IMG/VR virus record: IMGVR_UViG_3300042534_000747
Source of the DNA: a virus
Direction: 5' to 3' (one strand)
DNA: 64,000 nucleotides
Shown in pieces: positions 19,234 to 29,096 of the stretch. A program made the translations under genes and the position numbers. Within the stretch, counting starts at the first letter, position 1. Each line of letters opens with the position of its first letter. Below the pieces are notes generated by a model that saw only the letters and a list, made by a program, of their open reading frames with translations, searched no databases and was not told the DNA's origin.

Positions 19234-19299
19234 TTAAATCACATTTTATAGATGGATAGAAAACTATATAATCTTTTTTATAAAAAGTGTTAATTAATT

Positions 19300-19445
19300 T
19301 CAAGAGGGTAATGAAAAAGAATGGATAACTAGCCACAGAAAAACCATTCTTTTTCTTTGTATAAGTTTTAGGAGGTGGAATAGAGATATTAATCCCTATT
19401 CCTAATATGGACTTATTTTGTAGCGAATTGACCCAACTACAATAC
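19300..19445 (-). ncRNA. Candidate three-hairpin RNA C containing a 16S-tail-like CACCTCCT
   Basis: TATA 19464-19471, 18-nt spacer, start GTATTGT; stems TTGTAG/CTACAA, 11-bp 19377-19402 (G-U on minus strand), 12-bp 19313-19324/19344-19355; no ORF. Confidence 0.5.
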
Positions 19446-19472
19446 TACTAATGTACTTCATTTTATATAAAA

Positions 19473-20807
19473 CTATGCATAATCAAACAATGATTTTACT
19501 TTTGTTTTCTTTCTCATTATATGAGATGTTGTTTCAGCATCAGGAATGAATGTTGGAGTTAAACATTCTTTAATTCTTGTATCATTTTTATCAGTTTCAA
19601 GCAATAGCATTAATTCAAATTCATTTAAGTCATACATTGAAGTTATTGATTTAAGCCATTGTAAATCTGTTTGAGCTTTTGTTTTTATTAATGGAAACAT
19701 CACTTGATTAAATCTAAGAACAGAGCAATGTAAATCTTTTGATAATTTTTCAGCTAATGTTTTCATAACATTTCTATTACGTTTTGTTTGACCCATTTTC
19801 TTAATATAAGATGGATATTCTGTTTTGGTAAAACGTTTTTCTTTTTCAACAATTGTCCTTGCAAGAGATACACCTGTGGACATTAATTCACCTGCAATTC
19901 TCCAATTATCATAATTTTGAGTAAGTATTGCACGTTTTAAGAATAAATCTGCTTCAGAGATAGCTTCATATCCTCTAAATAAATCAATTCCTGTATATTT
20001 TCTCCCTATATTTTCATCAATCCACATTAAAGCATCTGGTGGTGTTAATCCTGATTTTTGTGTGATATCACCAATTTCAAATGAATCTTTTCCATCAAGA
20101 ATAGTGGATACCATTTCAAAAAATGAAACTTCTCCATCTTCTTCAGGTACATATATTACATCTGAATAACAATAAATTTGTAATGAATTTATACAAGTTC
20201 TAGTATCTTTAATTCCATTTATTTCATTCAATGCTTCTATATTAGGCTTAAATCCTTCCTTTTCAGCGATTGTTTTTAAAAGCTTCAATCTTGTACGAAT
20301 ATTCATCTTTTTATATTGTAATTGAATGCAATCATTTTTGACGTTCATAGGCACATCAAATAAAACATTACATGCCATTATGATAGGGAATTTACTTTTA
20401 GACATTAATTCAATTAATGCTCTTTCAGCAGATTTATCAACTTTACCTTCATTTGTATAAAGTTTATCTACTTCATCAATAAAAATTAATTTTTTAGCAT
20501 TCAAATTCATTAAATTTTTAGTTTGAGATGCATCATATAGTTTTTTCTTTATTTCATCATATGTTCTTACATCAGATGCATTTACTTCTATGATTTCCCA
20601 TCCATATTCATTTGCAAGTACATATGCTGTAGAGGTTTTTCCTGTACCTGCTTCACCATAAAGAATTGCAGCAGGTTCTTTATTCTTTTTATTATCAACA
20701 AATTTATTGCACCATTCAATTAATGTTTCCATATTTTTATTGATACCTACTAATTCTTTTGTAGTCAAAGGTCTGTATTTTTCAAGCCATAATTCATTTA
20801 TCATCAT
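19473..20807 (-). CDS. rfcL: Replication factor C large subunit
   Basis: WLEKYRP, YGEAGTGKT, EVNASD, IFIDEVD; C-terminal PIP-like KVKSLFDY. Confidence 0.92.
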   Translation of the reverse strand: MMINELWLEKYRPLTTKELVGINKNMETLIEWCNKFVDNKKNKEPAAILYGEAGTGKTSTAYVLANEYGWEIIEVNASDVRTYDEIKKKLYDASQTKNLMNLNAKKLIFIDEVDKLYTNEGKVDKSAERALIELMSKSKFPIIMACNVLFDVPMNVKNDCIQLQYKKMNIRTRLKLLKTIAEKEGFKPNIEALNEINGIKDTRTCINSLQIYCYSDVIYVPEEDGEVSFFEMVSTILDGKDSFEIGDITQKSGLTPPDALMWIDENIGRKYTGIDLFRGYEAISEADLFLKRAILTQNYDNWRIAGELMSTGVSLARTIVEKEKRFTKTEYPSYIKKMGQTKRNRNVMKTLAEKLSKDLHCSVLRFNQVMFPLIKTKAQTDLQWLKSITSMYDLNEFELMLLLETDKNDTRIKECLTPTFIPDAETTSHIMRKKTKVKSLFDYA

Positions 20808-20814
20808 ATCACCT

Positions 20815-22626
20815 TTATAATAATTTTGTAAACCAATCAGTATATTCTTCAGGATGTTCTTTTAAAATCTGAAGTAATTCATTTCTATTATTCATAGCAA
20901 ATTCTTTATTTTGTCTTACATATCTTGTAAATTGTTGCCATAACATTTCTCTAATATCATTTCTTTTTTCATTACAAATATTGACATACATTTCATCAAT
21001 TGTATATATATAACACCAATCATCGACTGCTCTCATACCTCTACCTTTTGTTTGAATTATATCATTACAAAGTGAAGTATCGAACCATTTATTTTTATCA
21101 ATTTTCTTACGTTCAACTACATAAGGGTCATACATATTTTTGAAAGGCACTTTCACCATTATTTGAAATCTACATAAACTATAACATAGATTAACACCTT
21201 CTATCATACTAGGTGATAAAAGAATAGTAGGTTCTTTTGAATCAATATGTATTTTTAAAATTTCTTCTCTTGTAGTATCATCATTTACTGTTAACAATCT
21301 ATGTTTATGTCTACTTCTACTTGCAACTAATTTAGTTATATGATGTGTAGATGTGTGAATAATTCCTTTATTGGTTGGATATAAATCTATAAGTTGGTCA
21401 ATCACATTTACCATTTTATCAATATTATTATTTTTGAAGTCAGGATTTAATGTATCACGATTCAATTTAACTGCATTTAAATTATAAATTGGTGTATTTA
21501 TTGCAGGGAAAGGTGATTCTATATCATTAATAAATTCATATTCATGTTCTTCTAATCCTAAATTCTTAGCAAGTTCTTTACAATCAGGGAATGTTGCAGA
21601 CATTAAAATTATTTTATCACCTGATTCTAAGAAAATATCTCTTGCAATTTCATTAATGAAGATTGGCTTAAATGATAATTTGACAATATCTGAACCTTTA
21701 TTGTAATTAGATGTGGTCACTTCTGAAAACCAATTTGTAGAATTTTTCTGATAATATTTTATAAATGTATTTATATTATTAGATAATTCTTCAAGTTTGT
21801 TATTTTCTGCAATATATATTAATGCAATTGAAGTACTTCCTAATTTTTGAGAATTGTTAATCTTTTCATTATTCTTGCCAATCATTTTAGGAATTATTTT
21901 ATGAATTCTAATTAACCAATTATACCATGCTTTAATATTATTACCATAATTTCTAAATTCAATACTTTCATTCTTTTCATTTTTAAAATTTTTGAAACTA
22001 TCAATTTGTTTTTTGGTAATATTTATTGCATAGAAATCTAATAAACTTTCTTCTATTTTTTGTCCTTCATCTGCAATTACAATTTTTCTTTTACCAAAAT
22101 CACCAATAAAATTAAGTTCAAGTAAAAAATATGTATTGTTGTGTACAACTTTAGGAGAATTTAAAGCATTTGCTTTTTGTTCCCAATATGGACAATGTAA
22201 TTCTGTACCAAATTGCCAATAAAAATCTCCTCTACTATTAGAATGGAATGCAAATTTATCTGCTTTGTTATGTGTAATCGTGACAGGTTTATGAATACAC
22301 TCTTCTTCTGATAATTTACATTCTCCTAAATCACATGTATTGCCATTTTTTAAACATGTGAAATTAACTCTACCTTTTGTAATTGTATATCCATCATCTT
22401 CATATTGATGTTCTAATTGTTTTGTTTTTGTCAGTATATATCCTTCACCAATATAATTAATAATTGTATCAGCAATCACACTTTTACCTGTTCCAGTAGG
22501 AGCTTGTAAAAGTAAAACTTTTTTATCACTGTTTAAAAAAGATTGAATTCTTTTTAATATATCCATTTGGTCATATAAAAATTCATCTTTTGAAAAATGA
22601 TTAAGTATAGGGTATTTTTTATTCAT
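20815..22626 (-). CDS. XPD/Rad3/DinG-family SF2 helicase
   Basis: QAPTGTGKS, KGRVNFTC + Cys cluster, IADEGQ, MSAT, EGVN, QTKGRGMR. Confidence 0.9.
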   Translation of the reverse strand: MNKKYPILNHFSKDEFLYDQMDILKRIQSFLNSDKKVLLLQAPTGTGKSVIADTIINYIGEGYILTKTKQLEHQYEDDGYTITKGRVNFTCLKNGNTCDLGECKLSEEECIHKPVTITHNKADKFAFHSNSRGDFYWQFGTELHCPYWEQKANALNSPKVVHNNTYFLLELNFIGDFGKRKIVIADEGQKIEESLLDFYAINITKKQIDSFKNFKNEKNESIEFRNYGNNIKAWYNWLIRIHKIIPKMIGKNNEKINNSQKLGSTSIALIYIAENNKLEELSNNINTFIKYYQKNSTNWFSEVTTSNYNKGSDIVKLSFKPIFINEIARDIFLESGDKIILMSATFPDCKELAKNLGLEEHEYEFINDIESPFPAINTPIYNLNAVKLNRDTLNPDFKNNNIDKMVNVIDQLIDLYPTNKGIIHTSTHHITKLVASRSRHKHRLLTVNDDTTREEILKIHIDSKEPTILLSPSMIEGVNLCYSLCRFQIMVKVPFKNMYDPYVVERKKIDKNKWFDTSLCNDIIQTKGRGMRAVDDWCYIYTIDEMYVNICNEKRNDIREMLWQQFTRYVRQNKEFAMNNRNELLQILKEHPEEYTDWFTKLL

Positions 22627-22642
22627 TTTTATTTACATCCGA

Positions 22643-23209
22643 TTATAATTCATTTGCATCTGCAACATTATAATAATGAAAACATTTGCATTCAACACAA
22701 TAAGATTTTTCAATAACAGCATCTACTACATCATTATAACAATTTAATAATTCAGGAATTTCTAAATCATCTATATTGCCATCATATTTCAATAGTAATT
22801 GTTTGTCTGGTTTTGGAAATTTTGCATCAATCTTATATATTACTAAATTTACATTATCATCAGTTCGTTTCACATGCACTTTTATAAATGGATAGCATGT
22901 TGTAGTGTAAATAATGTCCTTCTTAGTATTTAAGATTAAGTATTCTAACGAATTTCCATCTAAATCACAATAGATATAACTTTCACCCTGTATTGATTCA
23001 GAATCGTCTTTAGAAGGCTTATATCCACATCCACCTTCAACATTAATACTAGCATTGACCTGAATAATTGGATATTTTATTTCTTTAATCATCATTATTT
23101 TTTCTTTAGAATTAGGAGAAAAATGTATCTCCGTAATTCCATCATGTGTTTTGCCATACAAACCTTCAGGTATTGCAAATTCACCTTTATATTCAATATT
23201 AAACTTCAT
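22643..23209 (-). CDS. Hypothetical protein in the replication operon
   Basis: 188-aa ORF overlapping the polB stop. Confidence 0.65.
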   Translation of the reverse strand: MKFNIEYKGEFAIPEGLYGKTHDGITEIHFSPNSKEKIMMIKEIKYPIIQVNASINVEGGCGYKPSKDDSESIQGESYIYCDLDGNSLEYLILNTKKDIIYTTTCYPFIKVHVKRTDDNVNLVIYKIDAKFPKPDKQLLLKYDGNIDDLEIPELLNCYNDVVDAVIEKSYCVECKCFHYYNVADANEL

Positions 23210-25953
23210 GAATTATCTCCAAAAGAAAATAAATTAAATTCCTTCTTTTCTACTTTAATAGTTTTTTTCCTTTCAAATTGATTAATATCTACATCAGTTA
23301 ATTTATCAGGATTCAATTTTGTAGTTTTTTTCTCATGTAAAAATTCTTTTAAATCATTTTCAGATGAATCTTTATTATAAGCAAAAATGCTTTTATTTTC
23401 AGATTTATCTTCTAACATTGACCAATCCATATTATATACATTAATAATTGGTGTCATAGGTCTTTTAATGAAATTTTCCCAACATTCATCATAATCTAAT
23501 TTGAATCCTGTAGGTATTTTTTCATCAAATTCAAGACATAATTCATTGAATAATGGAATGTCTTTAGGTGTTTCATTTACAAAATAAAGCATTAAAGTAT
23601 CGCCTTTGCCAAATCTTCTATAAAGGTGTTTATTAGCGTTTAGTGTTCCTTTATAGCCTTTTGAAACAGACATGTACTTAGTGTTTTTTCTAAGATGCTT
23701 ATTACGTTCAAGTTCAAAATCTACAATTGGTTTTTTAATATTATATCTTAAACTTAATTTTGTTTGTTCAATATTTCCATTGTGCAAATCAGTATTAATT
23801 TTATTAAGATAATCAATTATTTTACTTCTAGGATTTTCATCAAGAACCATTTTAATTAATTCTATTTGAGTTTCCTGTGTAAGTGTGGAACTGCTTGCTC
23901 TTTTAAGCTCAAAACCTTTTGCAGTAAACTCAAATTTATTAAATCCATAATCATATTGATATCCTGCATAACGTTTTTTCGCACCTTCACCAGTTTTCTT
24001 ATTGACCTGCATAAGTACACTGAAATATTTATCAAACTCAATACTGAAATAATGTGTATCTATATTGAAATATTCTTTTGCAAGTTTATCTAAGAATACA
24101 TGAATTTCATTGCAAAGTTTTTCTGCAATTTCTTTAGCTTTAATTGGGTCACCATTTGCTTCAGGTATATGAAGGAACAAACTATCTGTATCACCATAGA
24201 TTACTTCATAACCAAATGTTTTCTCAACAAAATCTTTTGTAGACATTGAAATGAATTGACCTGTTGTAGTGATTGCAGATGCAGTATCAATATCGTTAAG
24301 ACGGAATGATTTGAAACCTAATACACCAAAAAATGCATTCATTAGAATCTTAACAGCTATCTGCTTTAAATGGTAGACTAATTCCATCATTTTATCGCCA
24401 TCTGCAATAGCTTGTTTTTCAAGTTTTTTATAATAAATTCTTTCTTCTAATAAAGATTCAAGAATTTCAGGTACTATACCTCTAGGTGATTTTTTAAATC
24501 TGATTCCATTAGCAGCTTTTATTTCACCATTAGGGTCTTTAGTTTCAATAGAGATGTTTAAACTTCTCATTATAGAAGGATACAGACCAGAGTAATCCAG
24601 AACAACTATATTTTTGTGGATTCCTGCTTTAGATTCATATACCATTCCACCAACAAAATCATCATCTTCTTCAACATCTTCTTCTTCAATTTCTTCCTTT
24701 GTTTTTTGAGTAGGTAGTACAAATCTTCCTTTGACATAATCAAGAATTAAACTGTCAATTAACTGACTGTTAAATGTCACACCTAATCGTGAAAATGCCT
24801 TTGTTGCAATCATTTTGAAGAAATCAATCAAGTGCATTTTTTCTTCAATGAGCTTGGTCAATTGAACATCAATAATATTGTATGCAAGTAAATGTGCAAC
24901 GTTTGTTTGTGACATTTCCTTAATGGAAACTCTAGGAAGTTTTTTAGTTCCTAATTCTATATTGGAAATATGATTGAGATTAGTAAATCTAAGTGTTTTT
25001 TCTGCTAATTTATCATATAAACCCATTAAATCAATAGTTAATAAACCACTAACTGAAACACCATATTTATTATCATGAACTTTCCCACTTTCTGAAAGAA
25101 TAGCAGGATTTATATTTAATTTTTCACATCTATGAACATATACTGGAACATCATAATCTTCAAAATTCCAACCTGCATAAACATCTGGATAATTTTGTCT
25201 GATAAATGTATTTACTTCATTAAGCATTTCAATTTCAGAATTTGTATCTGTATGAAATTGAATTTTTGAATCAATCATATATTCATATTTGCTATCCTTC
25301 CAATGACCTTTTAAAATAGACTTAACTTTAAGTTTGTCAAATTTGGTTAGATTTAGATAACTAAATATATGATATGTATCAGTTCTACTATCCCAAATGC
25401 ATAAACAATAAATTTCTGCTAATCCTTCTTTTGCATCATCAATTGTTCCTGTATCATTGTTTTCTAAATCCATTATCATCATGCGTAATGGAATTACAAT
25501 GTCAGATTTGTAAGGTGATATATCATCAATTTTAATATTATCTTTTGTAGGTACAACTACTGGATTATTTAATTTTAAATCAATAATTGCACGATTTGTA
25601 TATCTAATATCAGTTTCATATGATTCATCAAAATAATCTTTGATATATGTATATTTTTCATTTCTACCTGAGATATCTAATGGTGACTGTACTACTAATT
25701 TTTTAAGTCTTTGTCCTGTAACAGATACAAAATGTTTTGTAACACCATCTTCTATGAAATCTGTTTCAACTCTTAATATTCTAGTATCTTTAGGCACTTT
25801 TGTATCAATTGGAATGAAAAAATATGGATTGTAACCTTTCACATGTTTTAAGACTCTATCGCCATTTTCATTCCTACCATAAATATCTAAAAATGGTATT
25901 TTATTATGGATAGTATAGTCTACATATGTAGGGTATATTATTTCTGTTGACAT
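23206..25953 (-). CDS. polB: Family B DNA polymerase (RNA-primed, with 3'-5' exonuclease)
   Basis: Exo DLE / WNFEDYD / YNIID; Pol DYSGLYPS, KILMNAFFG, YGDTDS, KKRY; C-terminal PIP-like FNLFSF. Confidence 0.97.
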   Translation of the reverse strand: MSTEIIYPTYVDYTIHNKIPFLDIYGRNENGDRVLKHVKGYNPYFFIPIDTKVPKDTRILRVETDFIEDGVTKHFVSVTGQRLKKLVVQSPLDISGRNEKYTYIKDYFDESYETDIRYTNRAIIDLKLNNPVVVPTKDNIKIDDISPYKSDIVIPLRMMIMDLENNDTGTIDDAKEGLAEIYCLCIWDSRTDTYHIFSYLNLTKFDKLKVKSILKGHWKDSKYEYMIDSKIQFHTDTNSEIEMLNEVNTFIRQNYPDVYAGWNFEDYDVPVYVHRCEKLNINPAILSESGKVHDNKYGVSVSGLLTIDLMGLYDKLAEKTLRFTNLNHISNIELGTKKLPRVSIKEMSQTNVAHLLAYNIIDVQLTKLIEEKMHLIDFFKMIATKAFSRLGVTFNSQLIDSLILDYVKGRFVLPTQKTKEEIEEEDVEEDDDFVGGMVYESKAGIHKNIVVLDYSGLYPSIMRSLNISIETKDPNGEIKAANGIRFKKSPRGIVPEILESLLEERIYYKKLEKQAIADGDKMMELVYHLKQIAVKILMNAFFGVLGFKSFRLNDIDTASAITTTGQFISMSTKDFVEKTFGYEVIYGDTDSLFLHIPEANGDPIKAKEIAEKLCNEIHVFLDKLAKEYFNIDTHYFSIEFDKYFSVLMQVNKKTGEGAKKRYAGYQYDYGFNKFEFTAKGFELKRASSSTLTQETQIELIKMVLDENPRSKIIDYLNKINTDLHNGNIEQTKLSLRYNIKKPIVDFELERNKHLRKNTKYMSVSKGYKGTLNANKHLYRRFGKGDTLMLYFVNETPKDIPLFNELCLEFDEKIPTGFKLDYDECWENFIKRPMTPIINVYNMDWSMLEDKSENKSIFAYNKDSSENDLKEFLHEKKTTKLNPDKLTDVDINQFERKKTIKVEKKEFNLFSFGDNS

Positions 25954-25962
25954 AAAAACACC

Positions 25963-26856
25963 TTATAGAGCCATTATACAGATGTTTCTAGCATCACACA
26001 TTTGCTTATATTCACACCCATTGTACATAGTACAATTAGATTTTATAGCAGTTAGTGGGAATTTTTCAGCATTGATATATTCTCTTGCCATGTTAATGTA
26101 ATTAGTTACTGTTTTAATTTTTTCATCAGTAATTTTTACTTCCAACATTCCATTATGCTTTTTCTTCAAATGACGTACAAATAAAAATGTCATTTTACTA
26201 GGCAAAACTCCATATTTATCTTCCACTACCATAGCATTCATTACACCCTGAATGAGATATTCTAAATTTTTATCATCATACATTTCTTTTTCTTCAGGTG
26301 ATAAGCTAGAACGTTCTTCTAAAAGAATATCAGGGAACATTTTATTAGATTTATAATCAACAAGATTATAGCTTTGATTTCTTCTATCAACTATGCATCT
26401 AATGTTTAATTTTTCAGATACAATGTCCTCTTCTACAGCAGCAGGGAAAAATTTATCAATAGTATCATTTTTCATTCTATAATCAAATTCAGGAGCACTA
26501 AAATTAGCAAAGTTGATTAGAATTTCTTCTGCTTCTTTATAAAAATCATTATTGGTTTTACGTTCATCTGAAATTGAATAATCCCAATGTTTATTTAATA
26601 AATTTAGCATTATACTATTAAAATATGTTTTTGCATCTCCATCATAATCATCAGGTTCAATTTCAATATAGAATTTTTCTAATATTGTGTGAATAGTCCT
26701 ACCAAATTTAAATGCATTTTCAGGCATTGGAACTTCTATTTTTGCAATTTTGGAAAAATAATATTTCATAGGACACCTTAAAAATGTAATTAAGGCAGTT
26801 GGTGACAATTGTTTCCATTCAGTTTCATACATTATTTCATTACTCCTTTTCTTCAA
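25963..26856 (-). CDS. PD-(D/E)xK nuclease (RecB/Cas4-like exonuclease)
   Basis: LSPTALITFLRCP, FGRTIH, VD..VDYKS, C-terminal C..C..C Fe-S-type cysteines. Confidence 0.85.
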   Translation of the reverse strand: MKKRSNEIMYETEWKQLSPTALITFLRCPMKYYFSKIAKIEVPMPENAFKFGRTIHTILEKFYIEIEPDDYDGDAKTYFNSIMLNLLNKHWDYSISDERKTNNDFYKEAEEILINFANFSAPEFDYRMKNDTIDKFFPAAVEEDIVSEKLNIRCIVDRRNQSYNLVDYKSNKMFPDILLEERSSLSPEEKEMYDDKNLEYLIQGVMNAMVVEDKYGVLPSKMTFLFVRHLKKKHNGMLEVKITDEKIKTVTNYINMAREYINAEKFPLTAIKSNCTMYNGCEYKQMCDARNICIMAL

Positions 26857-27064
26857 TAAATAATTCAGAATGATACTTTCTCATTAAATTTACTTGATAT
26901 GGGCTAAAATCACTCCATAGGAATGTACCCATTTTCAAATTTTTATACAGCATGTGAACTGATGTGGTATCAGGGATAATTTTTCGTTCACGTTTATTTG
27001 GTTCATCATCTATTTCTAAATTATTTCTTAAAGGGTTTTTAGACTTTTTGACTGTGTTAGACAT
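26840..27064 (-). CDS. Hypothetical protein
   Basis: 74-aa ORF coupled in the operon. Confidence 0.55.
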   Translation of the reverse strand: MSNTVKKSKNPLRNNLEIDDEPNKRERKIIPDTTSVHMLYKNLKMGTFLWSDFSPYQVNLMRKYHSELFIEEKE

Positions 27065-27291
27065 AATTCTAGCTTTTTCTTTTTAGAATATTTCTTAATT
27101 TCACGTTCTCTTCTCATGGCATACTTACGTTCATCAAAAGATTCAAAATAAAGAAGTTGTAAAGGTGGATTATATTTTGTATATTTAGCACCTTTACCAT
27201 TCAAATGTTCTTTATAACGAATCAATATATTTTTAGTATATCCTGTATAAAGTGTTCCACCACGACATTCTAAAATATATGTGAAATACAT
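27028..27291 (-). CDS. GIY-YIG nuclease (YhbQ/UPF0213-like)
   Basis: YILEC..LYTGYT..R..EH..GKGAKYT..E..IK. Confidence 0.9.
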   Translation of the reverse strand: MYFTYILECRGGTLYTGYTKNILIRYKEHLNGKGAKYTKYNPPLQLLYFESFDERKYAMRREREIKKYSKKKKLELCLTQSKSLKTL

Positions 27292-27292
27292 T

Positions 27293-28354
27293 TTAACTTC
27301 TTATGGCAGTACACTGAATTGGCACATTTGCAATGAATGCAATTTCTGCAAGAAGTGCATCAAACTGGATGATTGGAGAATTACCATTGTTGATTCTATT
27401 TTCAAAATCAGCAAGTTTTGTCATACATTTTTGAAGAGAAAGTTGTTTAAGTTTTTCTTTTCCACCATTATGATTGACAATTTCAAGGTCTGTTAAAATA
27501 GAATGAATTGCCCTAATCATTGCATATGAATCAAAACCAGTTTCAATGAATTCTGTTGCAAACATATTCTTTGCTTCAATGAAATCTCCTGTAATTGCCA
27601 TTTGTATAATGTCTTTTACAGTTTCAGTTCTTGGAACTTTTAATATTTCTGACAAAATTTCTACATCAATATTATCAGTAATATAGCTCAATATTTGAAT
27701 TGTATTAATTACAGGTCTGGAATCTCCATCAGCATGTGCAATTAAGTAATCAATTGCATCATTTTCAATAGTGATACCTTCATTTTTACAAATATTGTTG
27801 ATGATAACCGTTAAATTACCTTTTGTAAGCCTTCCAAACGTGAAAGTGGCACATCTTGATTGAATAGGCTTAATGAGTTTAGAATGATAGTTACAAGAGA
27901 TTATAAACCTACAATTAGATGAATATCTTTCAATTGTTCTTCTAAGTGCTGCCTGTGCTTCAGAAGTAAGAAAATCTCCTTCATCAAGGAAAATCATACG
28001 GAATGGATAATTACCATATGTACCTGTTTCAGCACGTTCTTTTATGAATTCTCTAACAACACTAATACCTCTTTCATCAGATGCATTAAGTTCATCAAAA
28101 TTGGATTTCCAGTGTTCACCATAGAAATCTTTTGCAAGAGCAATTGCAGTTGCAGTTTTACCTACTCCCTGTTCACCTGCAAAAATTAAATGAGTAACAT
28201 TATTTTTTGCAATAAATCTTTTTAATATTTTAATTATAGGTTCATGTCCTACAATATCATCTAGTCCATTAGGTCTATATTTTTCAATCCAAACTGATTC
28301 ATCCATAATTGTTAGATTTGACATTATTATTACTCCATTAATTATTAATTTCAA
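27293..28354 (-). CDS. rfcS: Replication factor C small subunit
   Basis: WIEKYRP, AGEQGVGKT, ELNASDERGI, FLDEGD, AQAALRR, SRC. Confidence 0.95.
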   Translation of the reverse strand: MKLIINGVIIMSNLTIMDESVWIEKYRPNGLDDIVGHEPIIKILKRFIAKNNVTHLIFAGEQGVGKTATAIALAKDFYGEHWKSNFDELNASDERGISVVREFIKERAETGTYGNYPFRMIFLDEGDFLTSEAQAALRRTIERYSSNCRFIISCNYHSKLIKPIQSRCATFTFGRLTKGNLTVIINNICKNEGITIENDAIDYLIAHADGDSRPVINTIQILSYITDNIDVEILSEILKVPRTETVKDIIQMAITGDFIEAKNMFATEFIETGFDSYAMIRAIHSILTDLEIVNHNGGKEKLKQLSLQKCMTKLADFENRINNGNSPIIQFDALLAEIAFIANVPIQCTAIRS

Positions 28355-29096
28355 TTATTTCATCAGCAATTTTATTGCCAATTTTATTCACTTCTTTTAA
28401 TTCATCTTTTGTTGCATTTACAAAATTTTTAATACTTCCAAATTTTTCTAATATATCTTTTGCTTTATCAGTTCCAACCATTGAATATGATGTGAGAACA
28501 CGCAATTTTTTATCAGATTTTGTAGATGCAAGTCTTTGGGGATTAATTTCAATAGATGATTCTTTGCCATCATTTGCTTTTACCATGATAGGCAGCATAT
28601 CTTCCATCGCTAATTCGATAGTTGCATATTTTTTAACATGAATATTTTTTCTTGCTTCAAATGATGCAAGTCCACCGAAAATCATAGCAGGATTTAATTG
28701 TCTTTCACCTTTTTTCATAAGGTGTTTTGGCTTGGATTTACATGCAGAACGAATTTCATCATTAGTTCCAATGTATATTAGATAATTATGTGTGTAGTTA
28801 GCTACCATATTATCAATTTGAACTGCCATCCTATTGCTTCTGAATGAAGAAACTAAGTCTATAGCATCAGCTTTTAATTCAATGCAGGTATTGCCATAAA
28901 CAATATCTCCTACTAAATTTTGTTGAATTATGACTTCAGTATCTTTATTAAATTTATCAATATGTTTAGTAATATATGCTTCACATATATTTTTTAATTG
29001 TTGTGCTCTTTGATAGTTTAGACTATCTTCTCTGTGGTCAATTAAGAAATTCATACTATTACCTATAATAATTTGAACATATGTTACAATTTTCAC
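28338..29096 (-). CDS. ERCC4/XPF-family nuclease with C-terminal HhH
   Basis: IDHRE, VGDIV..IELKA..DL..S, VGTDKA / IGNKIA HhH motifs. Confidence 0.85.
   Translation of the reverse strand: MKIVTYVQIIIGNSMNFLIDHREDSLNYQRAQQLKNICEAYITKHIDKFNKDTEVIIQQNLVGDIVYGNTCIELKADAIDLVSSFRSNRMAVQIDNMVANYTHNYLIYIGTNDEIRSACKSKPKHLMKKGERQLNPAMIFGGLASFEARKNIHVKKYATIELAMEDMLPIMVKANDGKESSIEINPQRLASTKSDKKLRVLTSYSMVGTDKAKDILEKFGSIKNFVNATKDELKEVNKIGNKIADEIIEINN

Noticed and set aside
23206-25953. PolB motif B Tyr->Phe (NAFFG) as a sign of modified-base replication
   Set aside because: Single conservative change; no base-modification pathway genes seen in the window
25963-26856. Cas4 / CRISPR adaptation locus
   Set aside because: No cas1/cas2 or repeat-spacer array nearby; the position in the replication operon fits a viral recombination exonuclease
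27028-27291. GIY-YIG as a mobile homing endonuclease or intron
   Set aside because: Only an 87-aa catalytic domain of YhbQ type with no DNA-binding extension, and it does not interrupt a gene
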